Of a stretch of 64,000 nt of DNA, positions 24,573-37,123 are shown in pieces. A model generated the notes under the pieces. The model ran no database searches. It saw only the letters and a list, made by a program, of their open reading frames with translations, and had not been told where the DNA came from. The stretch is taken from positions 1,515,275 through 1,579,274 of the forward strand of contig MU004234.1 in NCBI GenBank assembly GCA_010405405.1, read 5' to 3'. The position numbers and the translations under genes are program-made. This DNA comes from Microthyrium microscopicum (lineage: Eukaryota). Each line of letters opens with the position of its first letter. Position 1 is the first letter of the stretch.

Positions 24573-25753
24573 CGTGAATGGTGGGGGGTTCAGCGCACTT
24601 CCAATAGGTAGGATCAGATGTGTTGGCCTCTGCCTTGTCCAGACCAATTGGACTCCTGGAGGTTTGCGTTGTCGGTTACCGTCGCGTTCCCAAGAAGTAT
24701 GATGGTTGCCAACAACTACGTACTTTCCAAAGTCTTCAACCTCTGCTCAGTTCGAAAGGACAGAAAACGAGAAAGATGAGATGACGATATTGAGGCATCG
24801 GAGTCTACTGCGAGCGGTTCACTAACGGTAGAGATCCGCTGCCTTGGGAGCCAGAAGAGTTGATGGGAGTGTGTTGATAAGCACGCGCAGCTTGCAGCGA
24901 GCTGTAAACTGACTTTTCGTGGTGGATAGCGAGTGTATAGGAGTTCGAAGTCTCCTACAAAGCCATTGCCTCATCTATATCGAATCGGGTTGTGTCGTCT
25001 TTGAAGAATCACGTCGGGAACGAGGAGCTGAGGTACAGGCCTGGCCCAGTAGGCGGGGCTCGAATTGCGGAGGGAAAAAAGCTAGGCTGGCGATGAAATA
25101 AGCAACGCGTCCAGAATCAATGAGGAAAAGGATTTGCAGTGGATCGAGATCAAGTATCAACACAACAAACAAATCATCAATTGAGGTTGCGACAGTTGGA
25201 TGGGTGCTTACCAGGTATCGGGAACAAGCGGTTGACTGGCGTCGAACCTTCCCCTTTTAGTTGCACTTACTCTACGGTACGTCGGTACCCATCTGGTCTA
25301 TCACGACTTCCCATCAACTTTTATCCCTATCACCAACGCTCCCAGACAAGACATACTGTACTTTCCATCACAATTATTGCATGATCAACGAGTAAACCGC
25401 GTCTTTTGAAATAAAGCATTCAATGACAAAGTATGGCTATTCACTTCCCGTCAATCGACAGTAACAATTGATTTCTAACGAGAGACTCTTCCCATTGCTA
25501 TAACTAGTAATTGATTGAACCCTCTCATACACGTCGTCAGGCATGTTTAAACGCCAGAGATGCAGAATAAAGACCCCACTCCTGTGGCTACCCGCCCATA
25601 GAGCAACAACAGCTCTGTTCACTACCCCTACATGCGTAAGAGATAGACATTCGAACAATAGGAAAAAAGAGCAAAAGGGTACTGATGTACATCCCATCAA
25701 GGCCGGCCGTTTCAAAGCTAATCAATCATGTCTGTGAACGCTTCGTAAAGGCA

Positions 25754-27480
25754 TTAGCTGTCAGTCTTCTTGGCTGCCTTCAATGCCGCAGGATTAAGCT
25801 CCAAAGGTGGAGCTTTGGTGTCTTCCGCTTCCTCCTGAATCGTTTCCGGAGTAGCGGTAGTATTGAAATCAGTGGCCGCCGCACCATCCTCCTCCTGGAG
25901 CTTCTTGGCCTCGGAAACAATAGCATCGGCTTCGGAAATCCCTCCCTTTGCTGTGATATTATCCCCTTCGACGCCGATTGACGATCCTTCCTTGAGTGTC
26001 TTTACAGCTTTGTTGTCAAAACGGACCACCATACAAGACAAATTATCGGTTGAGAAGCGAGTGAGAGCGTATTCAACCAATTGTTTCGATGCAGCCTGAG
26101 GGTCTGAACTATTTCGAATAAGATCGACTGCCTCTTGATCGGTACAGACATCCCAAAGCTATCAAATGTTAGCGCATATCATGCAAGTAGAGCAGACCGA
26201 CTTACCCCATCGCAGGCCAGAATCAAAAACTCATCCTGGTCGGGCTGAATGACTGTTTCGGTAGTATATGGATGTCCAGTGACCAAATCCTTCATGTACG
26301 TATCACCCAAGGCACGTGTCACAGCCAACACACCATTCACTCGATTATTAAGGATCAATCCGCCAGCGTTGGCAATACGACGTCCTTCACTTTCGTCGCT
26401 ACCTTTGTGATCGTAGGATAACCGAAGCGCGCGACCATTGCGGCAGAGTACAATTCGAGCATCGCCGACATTGGCTGTATACAAGACGCGTTGTCGCGTG
26501 GCTGATCCACGAAGTTTTGCTTCAGTGGCTTGCACTTTGCTCGAATCGGCACCGTTACCCTGAGGCGGTGCAGCTTCTCCTTCTGGTACAGATTCAACCT
26601 TGGCTGCCTCCTTAGCTGCAGCCTGATTGATATAAGCAGACCCAGTCGCTGAGGCTGGGTTTGGTACTCGATCTTCCCATCGGAGAACAGCTGTAATAGC
26701 CGTGCAACCACTGTTTTTCAATGGGAGTTTTTCCAACTCTTTGTCGACAGTGGTGAAGGTTGAATCGAGAAGCTCTGGAATCGGAGTATTTGGGTGTTTA
26801 CGTATTGTATCTTCAAGAAGGAGATGGAGTTTTTTACCGCACCACTCAGCAGCAAATGTACCTGCGTGTCCATCAAAGATTGCGAAGTATCCATTATCGG
26901 TCTCAACAACTTGTTCCGAGTCAATGGTAGCCACAGATGATTGTGATTCTGGATCGACTCGGGGAGTGCTGAGAAAGTTGTACAAGTACGCGTGGGTGTC
27001 TTCCATGGTTCTCCGACATTTCTTATTCTTGTCTTCGGTGACACCGACACGAAATGTCGAGTTTGGACCAGGATGCGACTCTCCGGCAGAGTTGTTCAAT
27101 GAACCCTGCGGCACCCCGAGGGCAGGATCCGCTTTTGTAAGTTTTTGCATCGGACTGAGAGGTGCAGACTTGTCAGAACCAAAATTCAAAGAATGACGGG
27201 CGCTTGTGAATATATCTTTTGCCTTTGAAGCACTACTACTTCTGCGCTTCTTGTCCTGAGTTGGTGTTTTCTCGTCGTGTGTAGCTTTGTCTTCGGTAAT
27301 GGCAGTGTTCACTTTAGGCTCATCCTTGGCCACGGGGGCGACACTGGATCTTGTTGTTTCGGGGGACGTGGGGTCTTCGGTCTTTGATTCTTCGTCGGAT
27401 TTGTGATTATTATTGCCAAACACGCGGGAGATGAGACCACCAGTGCCCGCGGAAAAGCTTCGACGCTTACTGCCTGCCAG
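25754..27480 (-). CDS. PTC1: Ptc1-type PP2C phosphatase; intron 26205-26159; start probably non-AUG (CTG 27480 or GTG 27423)
   Basis: [75 protein letters not shown]. Confidence 0.92.
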
Positions 27481-29866
27481 CTTGAGGGTTTAGGGGTCGT
27501 TGAGGGAAATTCCCGGTCTATTGGATGATTAGTGTTTTGGTAGATGAAGAGGCGGTGGGATTAGAGAGCCCTGGAGGTGCAAGATTAAGGCAATGGCGCG
27601 ATCGTGAAGCAACAAGGCAAGTCTAGTAGCCGTTGATCTGAGTACAAAAAAGGAAGGGATATTGCAGGATTGGTTAAAATTAGGGAAGGAGTAGTTGTGG
27701 TTGTAGGAAGTCGCGATGTAGTGGCGGGAAGTAGCGATGGGTACCGGGCAGAAAAGCGCAGGTACGGTTTACGTACTGATAGTTATGGTGAGGAAAGATA
27801 TGGAGCACAGTTATTGAAGTCGCTTTCACTGGAGTGGTAGGCGGCTGGAGGGAAGATGAAGTAGAGTTGCTGGAGAGTGACGATGTATGACGAAGTAAGT
27901 TTGGTACTGGGGATGCGCTATGGTAAGGAGTTGTTACAGATTCCCTTTGTACGGACGGATAGACGGCTCAGGGCGGCAGACAAGCACTTTGACTCCTGGT
28001 TTGGGTGATAGAGAGAAAGAAACTCTGTAACAGGACAGGAATCTTAAGAGAAAATAAGTCGATTTAACTTGGTAGAGGATCGAGTTGAAGGGCAAGTAAT
28101 GCCAAATGGTGGAGTTGGAGTGCTCTAACAGGTAGGTAGGCTTTGGTAGGCATGGTGGTGGCAGGCAGGCGTTCCTTCCCTTCCTGGTTGTACTGTAACT
28201 TGCGCCTGCCTTGTCTGCATCGTAGCATCATTGCCCCGCCTGCCCGCCCGCACGACGTGACCAGGTTGAACCGCCCATGTGGTGGCCGGGCTAGCCAATC
28301 CGTTCTGGGCATCTTAGGTCAAAGGATACCCAAGTCCTCACAACCCAAGCTGCCAATTTGTTTGTATAAAGACTAATCTTATTATTACTCGTTTGTTCTT
28401 TGTTCCACAATCTGAGATTAACTTACTTCGTGTGTGGTGTATGGATATGCGGGGGTATTCCCAGCTTTCAAGCTTCACAAACTTTGTGTTCTATTTTTAC
28501 ACACGGCGGATGCAATTCATAAACTTACCGTATGTTTAGTGATTTTGATCAAGAGCTTCCAGTGAACGATTGTTGTTGTTCTTTACCGCTGTCATCATTA
28601 TGCTCTTCGAAGACGACATTTTTCGTGGCAAACCAGCACAATTAAGTTGCAGATGTGCTTCTACATAATTTCTCATTGCGCTTGTGGTCGAACAAAGTTT
28701 TGAAAGCTGTCACGAAGGCAAGAGTTGGAGCCAATTTACTCCCTGTCTTGTGACATATAAGAAGTTTCTATTGAGTTAACGAGTTCCAATAATCTCCTCA
28801 CCTCTCTTTGAATCGTTTTTGATAATTCTCGAGATTCTGTCTTCAGAGCTTCCTGATCGACCACAGAAAGGTCGATAAAGTCCAGCAAGACAGTTGTTGC
28901 TACTACTATCTTAGTAAGACTTCTCGTAGAAAGCTTCATTAAGCCATACGATATAACATGCCAAATCCCGTAGTATCTGATCCACGAACCTACTTGTAAG
29001 TGATAGATACCTAGGTAGTCTATGAATTGAATCACAATCCCATCGCTGGCGGGCAAACAAGGACATAACTCGGAATTATTTTCGCTCAACCAAGTTGACG
29101 CTGTCCTCCAGAACTCTAGATACCAAAACATTGAAACTCGGATACACAGCCACACAGATCCAAACTGAAAAGCTTCCAGAACAATTTGGTTTCTTGTCGA
29201 TCGATTCGGATGCCATCCGGACCGTGTCACGATCGTATGTAAGCAATTGGCGATCTGCAAGATTCAGGGTCCACGATTTGGTTGGCTTCATGTCGAACTT
29301 CAGCCTTGTCTCTATGATATCTCGCAATGCCATTTATTTGAGTCAAGTATATTTGATGTGCAGCAAAAGCTTTAGTCACTAGTCAAAGCAATCACTCATT
29401 TGAACAATGCGTGAAGTCAAGATGCCGTATTGAGATTAGCAGATTCACAACATGAAAATATCTTGATGTGGGTCCAATGTGGTATCCGATATAATTCGGA
29501 CCCAACTCCGCAATTGTGTACATCCAAGTATTCTCAACCAGTATCTGCGATAGCATCTCTTAACAAAATGATGTATTCACCCTATACCATCGCAATCACT
29601 TGATTTGAATGAATAGAAAGCATTTTATCACAAAGCATAATAGATGGTTGTCATTGACAATTTTCGTCAATGGCCCATGGCAATGTCCGTTCAAGCAACT
29701 CCCTTATTCTGACGCCAGACAGGTCTCAAGTATGTTAGGGACGGGACGATCTTGAGGCTGAGCAAAGCAAGGCTTGCCTATCACAGCTACCTCATTTAGT
29801 TTATGCGCTGGCGTTTGTGGATTGTGCCGCGATGCCTTTGTTGTTTTAATGACGGCAGATCGCTTC

Positions 29867-29935
29867 TGACGTCATCGCTCGCGAGGTCAGTGTACAGGGA
29901 ATCAGGAACCAACCCCGATCCGCGATCCGCGATCC
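29867..29935. promoter_or_regulatory. CRE/ATF palindrome TGACGTCA plus near-perfect (CGATCCG)x3 tandem upstream of the BAR-PH gene
   Basis: TGACGTCA at 29867-29874; heptamer tandem at 29916-29935; 130-200 bp upstream of ATG 30067. Confidence 0.35.
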
Positions 29936-30066
29936 ACACCGCGCCTGCACCCTGCGAAGATCAGAGACCATATATTTTCCATCCTCCCCTTCGAATTCTC
30001 CTTGTACTTTTCCTACAAGACATTTCTTCCATTAATCCCATTTCGATCCCCTTATCAACACTCAAA

Positions 30067-31701
30067 ATGGCTACTCCTACCAGCCCAACAAACACCACTT
30101 TGCCCACAAGATCGGGCACGATTATGTCAACTGCAAATTCGAGAGACTCTGATGACGATGCCATCCCAGCCGAGGTCGGCAAGCCTCTATACTGTGCTCA
30201 AGAATATGTTGCTAACAATATCGCAGGATACCTCTGAGGCAACAAAATTGTTCAATGAGCGGTTGGCGGCATGGAAACATGCTTGTGGTTACCTCGAGGA
30301 CTACATCAGCGCAACCCAGAAAATGCACCACTCTCACGGCAAAGAGTATGAGAAGGTTCTCAAGACTGTCTCCAAGCCATTGAAGGAGGGGAACCATTTC
30401 GATCAGAATATCGGTGGTATTGCCGGCTTTTTTGATAACATGCGCTCCAACACCCAGGTAAGCCAGATCGAGTCTCTATAATTTTTTCGATACTAATTTC
30501 GACCTCACAGGGTATTGCCAACTCTCATGAAGAGACCGCCAAGACTATCAAAGGTTCCGTTCTTCCCACATTCGAGCGACTACATGCAGAAATCAAGAGC
30601 AAATCCAAGGAGCTAGTCAAGGGTGCAGGCAAAGGCAGCAAGGCCGTTGATAAGGCTCGAAATGCCACTCAGAAACATATCGAACTCTTGGGACAACATT
30701 CCGCTACCTACGACTCTACGGGAGGCAAGGTTGGCGCTCATGATGACCCATATGTCATCCAGCGTGGCATTTTCCATCGATTGCATAGACAAGTCATTGA
30801 GGAGAACGCCAACAGACAAGACATTCTGGCTGTTCAGTCCAACTTCGCGTCATTCGAGGCTCATGTCATCGAGACCATCCAAAATGGTATGGCACAATTC
30901 AACAGCATTGTCAGCAAACAAGCAGACTTGACCAAGAGTATGTATGGCGATATCGTCGCAAGCGCACAACGAATTCCTGGCGATTTTGAATGGAACTCGT
31001 TCCTCCATCGAAACACTGGCGTTCTGATTGATCCCGAGGCCACTCCTCGAAGTGTTGAATCGATTAACTTTCCAAATCAACACCATCGCGCTACCATACC
31101 ACTGATATCTGGAAGTCTAGATCGACGAACCAAGTTGCTTCGAAAGTACGAGACTGGATACTATGTTGTCACAGCCTCCAAGTATCTCCACGAGTTCAAG
31201 ACAGACGACGATGTTGCGAAAGATCCTGTTCCCGAAATTTCTCTATACCTACCCGACTGCGTGGTGGGACAAATTGATGGTGACATGTTTGCTATCAAAG
31301 GCAAAGATGTCTCCAAAGGCAAAATGGGCATCAAAATGTCCACCAACTCCGAATACAAGTTCAAGGGTCATACTCATGACAGCGCTGAGCAATGGTGGGA
31401 AATCATCCGCGCTGCTGCTGGTCAAGTAACCAACGAGGTTCCCTCTGTTAGCGCACCTACAAGCCCAGTGGTGGCACACAGTGCCGAGGGCGAGAAATTT
31501 GGCACAATCGCCTCTGCTCAGGAAAGTGGCACAACAGCTGCTCCGGCTGCCACGCACCCAACACCTACTGAAGCTGCACCGGTTCACGCTGCGGCGCCAG
31601 CTACCTCAGCTGAACCTGCATTTTCAGCAGCACCACCCACTGCCGGTGCCGACGAGAAAGCCGCTGAAGCTGCCCGCCATGCTACGCACCCCGGTGCTTA
31701 G
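30067..31701 (+). CDS. Slm1/Rgc1-family BAR + PH domain protein; introns 30175-30226, 30458-30510
   Basis: Helical region ERLAAWKHACGYLEDY...DPYV; PH segment SGSLDRRTKLLRKYETGYYVVTASKYLHEF...PEISLYLPDC...EQWWEII; Ala/Pro-rich tail. Confidence 0.85.
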
Positions 31702-32099
31702 GAACTCCACGTCGTAGAAACTACAGTTACTGCACCGGCTCCTTTGACACCCGCTACGCAGGAGTCAAGTGTGACTGTAGAGCGGGCATCAAACCCTTAG
31801 CAAGACTTTTATGAGCAAGAGCAGATTTTCCGCGCTCAAGCGGCGAACACATGGCACTATTTCACTACACCTTCCGACGATCGAATTCGTCATGCCCTAA
31901 ATGATTATTCCGAGCGGCTTTGATTACCCCCCTATGTTGTTGTTTGCTTTTATCCTTATGATACCTCCTTGTTGCATGCGAATGGAGTCCAGTAATGCCC
32001 GGTGGATGAGGAATACAAAATTATGATGAGACATCCAATAGTTTCCTTATTGCCTAGATGAAATTAAGACTCTTATTACACGTATATCTAGCACAGTCT

Positions 32100-33566
32100 C
32101 TAATCTTGTCCACTGTTCTCCTCGCCATCGCGACCACCGCCCACTGTAGCCGGAGGAATAGGCACCACGATGCTGTCACGATCCGGCTGCATCAACTTGC
32201 CTCCTTTAAACACCTCTGTACCGTCCGCACAGCTACCCGTAACTACGAACACAGCCGTATCGTGCGGAGCCACTTCAACATCCACTCCGCTGTCAAAACA
32301 TCCCTTGTCCAAGCCGCTCCATACATCGAAAAGCTGCCACACACTCCCTTTCCCTTTCAACTGTGGCACCGCTCCAAAGTCCAATCTCTTAGTCTCCACG
32401 CCATCATGTACATTCACCAAAAAGACAAATGTTCCCATCCGTGAGCCGCCAGACCAGTACTCCGCCGGATGTGTGTCATTAAACGTCCAATCCGGATTCG
32501 TCCCCCATTTATACGGCACCGCCGGCTCACCAGTACTATTATCCTGATTAAAAGCCAACAAGAACGAATTCTTCAAAATCTCTACACTTCCCTGTGTTAA
32601 CTTTGCGAGATCAGTGCCCATTAGCAGCGGACTCTTCATGCCCGCCCAGAGCGCAAAGTGTGTGCGCTCTTCCGCGGGTGTTAGACCGCCATTGCCGACC
32701 TCCAACATGTCGGCATCCGAGTGGCCCCAGAAGTTTGTCGAGTAGAGAGTGAAAGTGTTACGGTTCGCGATATACCGCACGATGCGCCAAGTCGGTGTGA
32801 TATCTGTAGTCGTGCGCCACGATTGCCCCGTTCCATTCCCCCAAGTTGCAACGTTCGCTTCGCCCCATTGGCAAAGGGAGAATACCATCGGCCTCTCAAC
32901 CCTATCAAGCGCATCGCGCATACGATTAAACCGCTCCACAGTCTTCGTCTTGCTGAAATCAAACCCCGTGGGACAGAAACCCCTATCACATGGTCTCGTC
33001 GTGATGTTGAGTTCCTGGCAATATTTACATTCATCGGCTTGGATTCTGGGGTAGTTGCAGTTATCGTATTTTAAGTAGTCGATGCCCCATTCGGCCCAGG
33101 TCTTTGCGTCAATGTCCTCTTTTCCTAGACTCGCGGGATAGCCGGCGCAGGTGTGGGTGCCGGCGGAGCTGTAGATGCCGATTTTGAGGCCTAGGGCGTG
33201 GACTTTTCTGGCGAGGCCGTCGATTCCGGAGGGGAATTTGGTTGTGTCGACTACGATTCTTCCCGTTGTGTTGTCACGGCCTCCCGGACCGCGGACGGAC
33301 CAGCAGTCGTCGATGTTGACGTATTCATAGCCAGCGGTCGGGAGGATGGTTAGTACTGTGGTGTAGCTTGAGGAAGTGAGGACGATTACCTTCAGTCCCA
33401 GGTCGACAATCTTTTGTGCGGCTGACATGAATTTCTCTTCAGTAATATTGCACCCATACGCGTTCCATGAATTCCATCCTAGGGCAGGTAATTTGCCCAC
33501 ATTGCCCTTATTGACGCCGCCGAGGACGACTGGCAAGCCGACAAGGACAGACAAAAACGTCTTCAT
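32100..33566 (-). CDS. Secreted GH27 alpha-galactosidase (contains a 51-nt intron-like insert at 33389-33339)
   Basis: Signal peptide; PALGWNSWN, YVNIDDCW, KIGIYS, nucleophile motif DYLKYDNC, SWRTTTDI, DADMLEVG, HFALW. Confidence 0.93.
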   Translation of the reverse strand: MKTFLSVLVGLPVVLGGVNKGNVGKLPALGWNSWNAYGCNITEEKFMSAAQKIVDLGLKVIVLTSSSYTTVLTILPTAGYEYVNIDDCWSVRGPGGRDNTTGRIVVDTTKFPSGIDGLARKVHALGLKIGIYSSAGTHTCAGYPASLGKEDIDAKTWAEWGIDYLKYDNCNYPRIQADECKYCQELNITTRPCDRGFCPTGFDFSKTKTVERFNRMRDALDRVERPMVFSLCQWGEANVATWGNGTGQSWRTTTDITPTWRIVRYIANRNTFTLYSTNFWGHSDADMLEVGNGGLTPAEERTHFALWAGMKSPLLMGTDLAKLTQGSVEILKNSFLLAFNQDNSTGEPAVPYKWGTNPDWTFNDTHPAEYWSGGSRMGTFVFLVNVHDGVETKRLDFGAVPQLKGKGSVWQLFDVWSGLDKGCFDSGVDVEVAPHDTAVFVVTGSCADGTEVFKGGKLMQPDRDSIVVPIPPATVGGGRDGEENSGQD

Positions 33567-33908
33567 TTTTGGAAAGGTACACTATCATGAAGCCATTGGA
33601 ATGAAGTTATTTTAAAGATAGGAAGTTATAGTGAAGTCCTCGAATCTCAAGGGTGTTTTGGGCCGACGCTGGAGCCTCTAGATAGATTTCAGGGTTAATA
33701 CGCTACAATGTATACAAATTAAGTCTCTTAAACATGATATAGGAAGAGCATTGACTGCAAACGAAGCACGGAAAGGTCATTGCTTGTTGAAAATTAGAGG
33801 AACTCTTATAGTACCTAGTTGGAATATAGCAAATTCGTCAGTGATGCATTTTGCCTAATATTCGTCCTGTTGTTGTTGCATGTATTTTCGAAGTATATGC
33901 CGCGTGCG

Positions 33909-35149
33909 CTATCCCCTTGATGCTTGTGGTTCTCTGATTCCGAGATCTGATATCGATCGTGACCGGGTTGTTACTCTGTGAGAGCGAGATGGATGCTGGA
34001 TGCTCTTGAGAGAAATCCATTGATTTTTCAGAACGGGTGCTAGCACAGGCAAAGAGGTTGCGATCAAGCCTGTAGTAATCTCTACGCAACTCGAAATGCT
34101 AAGGATATCCCATGCTCTACGATTGATTAGAGTCTTAAGCAGCACCCATAGCATGGCAAACTCACATTGCTGTAGTTTCATGTTCGACAGTGGTTTTGAA
34201 CAACGCCAAAGCCACAATTCGTCCTACTGCGGCAAGTAGTGTCAGGCTGCAGACTGCAAAAACACAGATCAGAAATCCTAAGCAGTCGTTATTCATGAAA
34301 GCCATAACAGTTTTGTTAGTTTACTGACGCTTTTTAGCTGGATCTAGTGGTGATCTTAATACCAGGACCATTGGAAGTATGTACGTGAGAGTATCGGTGC
34401 ACAAGTTGATACAAGCGTGCGTGATGTAGATGATCGTTGAGTTTGTACATCCAGAATGCATCAAACGAGGCGTCCAGAAGTTGGACATTGGACGACATTG
34501 TAATAGCAGACTCTTGAAACATCATTAGTGATAGACATCATAGAAAAGGACAATCTTACCAATATTGCAGATATTGTATGGAGAGTACATAGTGTGGCTA
34601 GAGCATAGATAACCTGTTTGGTTGTCCTTTTGATACCAAATACCCTCAAACATGCATAGAGAATACTCATCTTTGTGGCCCTGATGTACTTTCAGTATTA
34701 GGCCTCTCGCGAAGGTTAAATCATACCATTCAGAGACCCAGAAGGAATAGAAAGAAACTAATACAGCCTATACCAGTAAGTACAGTTTCCCTGATCACGA
34801 CCGATGGTTTAAGGTACTTTTAAGATGCCGGAATTAGGTTTTGCCGTGTCGTTGTGATCGAGGACATGCGCCCAAATAGTGGCCACCGCAGTAGTTATCA
34901 CTCCAGCCTGTTTTGTCATTAGATATACATGTGAGTATCTTTACGCGACTCACAGATGCAACTGCTGCAAATAAATCATCAACTCCCGTGGTCTTCTTGA
35001 CTATGGCTCTGATATAAATTCTAAAACCGGGAGTTAGTATAATATACCACGAATATCAGGATTGTAGCGTACCTTATACTCACAATTACCAAAGCAGTGA
35101 TTGTGAATACTCCAATGATCCCGAATACCTTGTCATCAGGATCGAGCAT
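33909..35149 (-). CDS. PTH11-like (fungal rhodopsin-domain, no CFEM) 7-TM protein, about 6 introns
   Basis: Manual splicing gives an intact frame: RIYIR..GVDD, TKMSIL..LRVF, QCRPMSNFW..GC, NLCTD..LP, VEITTGLIATSLP. Confidence 0.8.
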
Positions 35150-35825
35150 GATCTAGGTATGTAACTTAATATACGGGTAGAAGTAAAGACAATTGCTTTT
35201 GTGGTGAGGATGATGTAGACGATCTATTAGACGATGGATTGAGCTATCTTCAATAGATAAACTCCTGTGAGGCAAAACATAGGTTCAGGGGAAGAAAGTA
35301 AGGTCGAGTCAGATCAGTGACATGTATACCTTAGATATGGAACGCTAGGCTGCTGGCCACGGCCGATACACAACCGTACCAAAGCTGAGCTGTTATACCA
35401 AGCGGCGATTTGCCCAAGTACCGCTAAGCCTACGTTCCAGATCGGCTTCGACCAAAAGTTTCCGAATCATAATTTGACTTATTATGAGTTCGTAGTACTT
35501 ACAATGAATCATCAACCTGCTATTGGGATTTCTAGGTCATCGTGTGTAGAATGGTCTAGTTTCCCAATCGAATGAGCATTGCCTACACGGCGCCGTCCCG
35601 CTCAGAGTCGTCATGTATATCCTGTTCCAACACAGGTTTACTTGTGTATTTCTCAACGACAATCATTTCTCTACCCGGGGCATCCTCTTGTAAGACTTTG
35701 ATATGAATGCCGCTGGATCGGCCAACGAAGGCTTTTTACTTAAGCTCAGGCAAATTAGATTCCGTGACCTGACAATCGCCATCCTTTTGGAGAGCAATTG
35801 TGTTTTGATAGAAGACACATGCTGC

Positions 35826-37123
35826 CTATGGCAATTCAGGAGCTTCTTCTAACGGCGACGAGACAGTGAGCTCAAACTCGTCACTGCTTGCGGCCTCAGA
35901 GAAGAGAATCGATACATACGCATAATGTGCTGAAAAAGGATGGTAGATGATTTGTGTTTGTGAATTCCAGTTGCAGCCAGCAGGGTGAACTTTTCGCATT
36001 CGATAGCCAAGGTCCCACATATCAGGAGATCTAAGCAGGAACTGTTTTGCGCCTGTCAGATAAAACTGGGTAGTATGTTGGTGAATGTAGATTGCTACTG
36101 GTTTGGTGAGATTCATCTTTCTCATATCTATATGATGAAGTGCAATGCCAACTCTTTCATAGACATCTGCCTCCTTCGTTGGAGCTATAGGGATCGCAAG
36201 GTAATTGAGCGGATCTCGGTCATCTCGACAGTTGGAGACTCGGTATATCGTTCCTTTCAGGCTTCTAGGCTCTACGTGCGAGCCGAGCAAAGGCAGTGAA
36301 ATAAGTAGTCCATTTTTGGTCATGTTATAGTGAGATGCGGCCAAACGAGACGCTACCGAGCGTACTTTAAAGACATGCGCTTTGCCACGCTCTGGACCCT
36401 CACTAGATTGGGGCTGACAAGAATATCTTGGTCTATCCGAGTGGCTTGACTTATATACTCTGCAGGATGGATCCGGGAACCGATATATTTGTCATTCTTG
36501 TCTCGAAACTCGACTGTCTTTGGTGCGAGGAGCTCTTGGAGTGTCCAGCCCTTTGTAAACCAGCGACTTTTGACAAAATTATGCTCCCAGCGAAGCTCGC
36601 CAAAGACTCTCTCAAGGCCTTTGTGGGTATAAACCTCGAGATAAGCGTAGCATTTCATTGATTGTTGGTGACAACAAAGCATGGAGTTTATCGCTTCACT
36701 GGAACATGTCAGTTCATGAATGAAATAGGAGAAAGCCGCTTCGAAGCCATATCCCTGGCATGTTCTCGAAGTACTATAGAAGATCGTCATTGACCTTAGT
36801 TCAGCGCTCGAAATCTTGTTGATACAGCACGTATCGATCCACATATACCTGATGCCGTCCTCCTCTGCCCAGGAGCATGCTTTACGGATATTCTCATATC
36901 CAGTCTTTGGTTTTACGTCCTTCGTTCCAGCATCGAGTATCTGGCTTGGCAATAAGTAACTTCCAAGGCATCGCAATGAACCCTCCTGTAGGCGAGAAAG
37001 CAGGCACATCTCTTGATAACTGACTTCCTCAGTTTCCCAAGCATGTGAGAGGATGGCATAGCCGGGAGGTTTTCCGTGAAAGAATTCTTCCAGCTCCAAG
37101 GTCTTGACGTCTACAAGACGCAT
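35826..37123 (-). pseudogene. HET-domain (heterokaryon incompatibility) gene with an internal deletion and frameshift
   Basis: YAILSHAW, MWIDTCCINK, SAEL|SEAINSM (intron 36794-36699), SRWFTKGWTLQELLAP, then KRMS followed by a premature TAG at 36353. The downstream YNMTKNGL segment is in another frame. Confidence 0.75.

Noticed and set aside
28736..29333. Two overlapping minus-strand ORFs (85 and 174 aa)
   Set aside because: No recognisable domain, and I could not join them with a convincing intron; possibly a decayed orphan gene.
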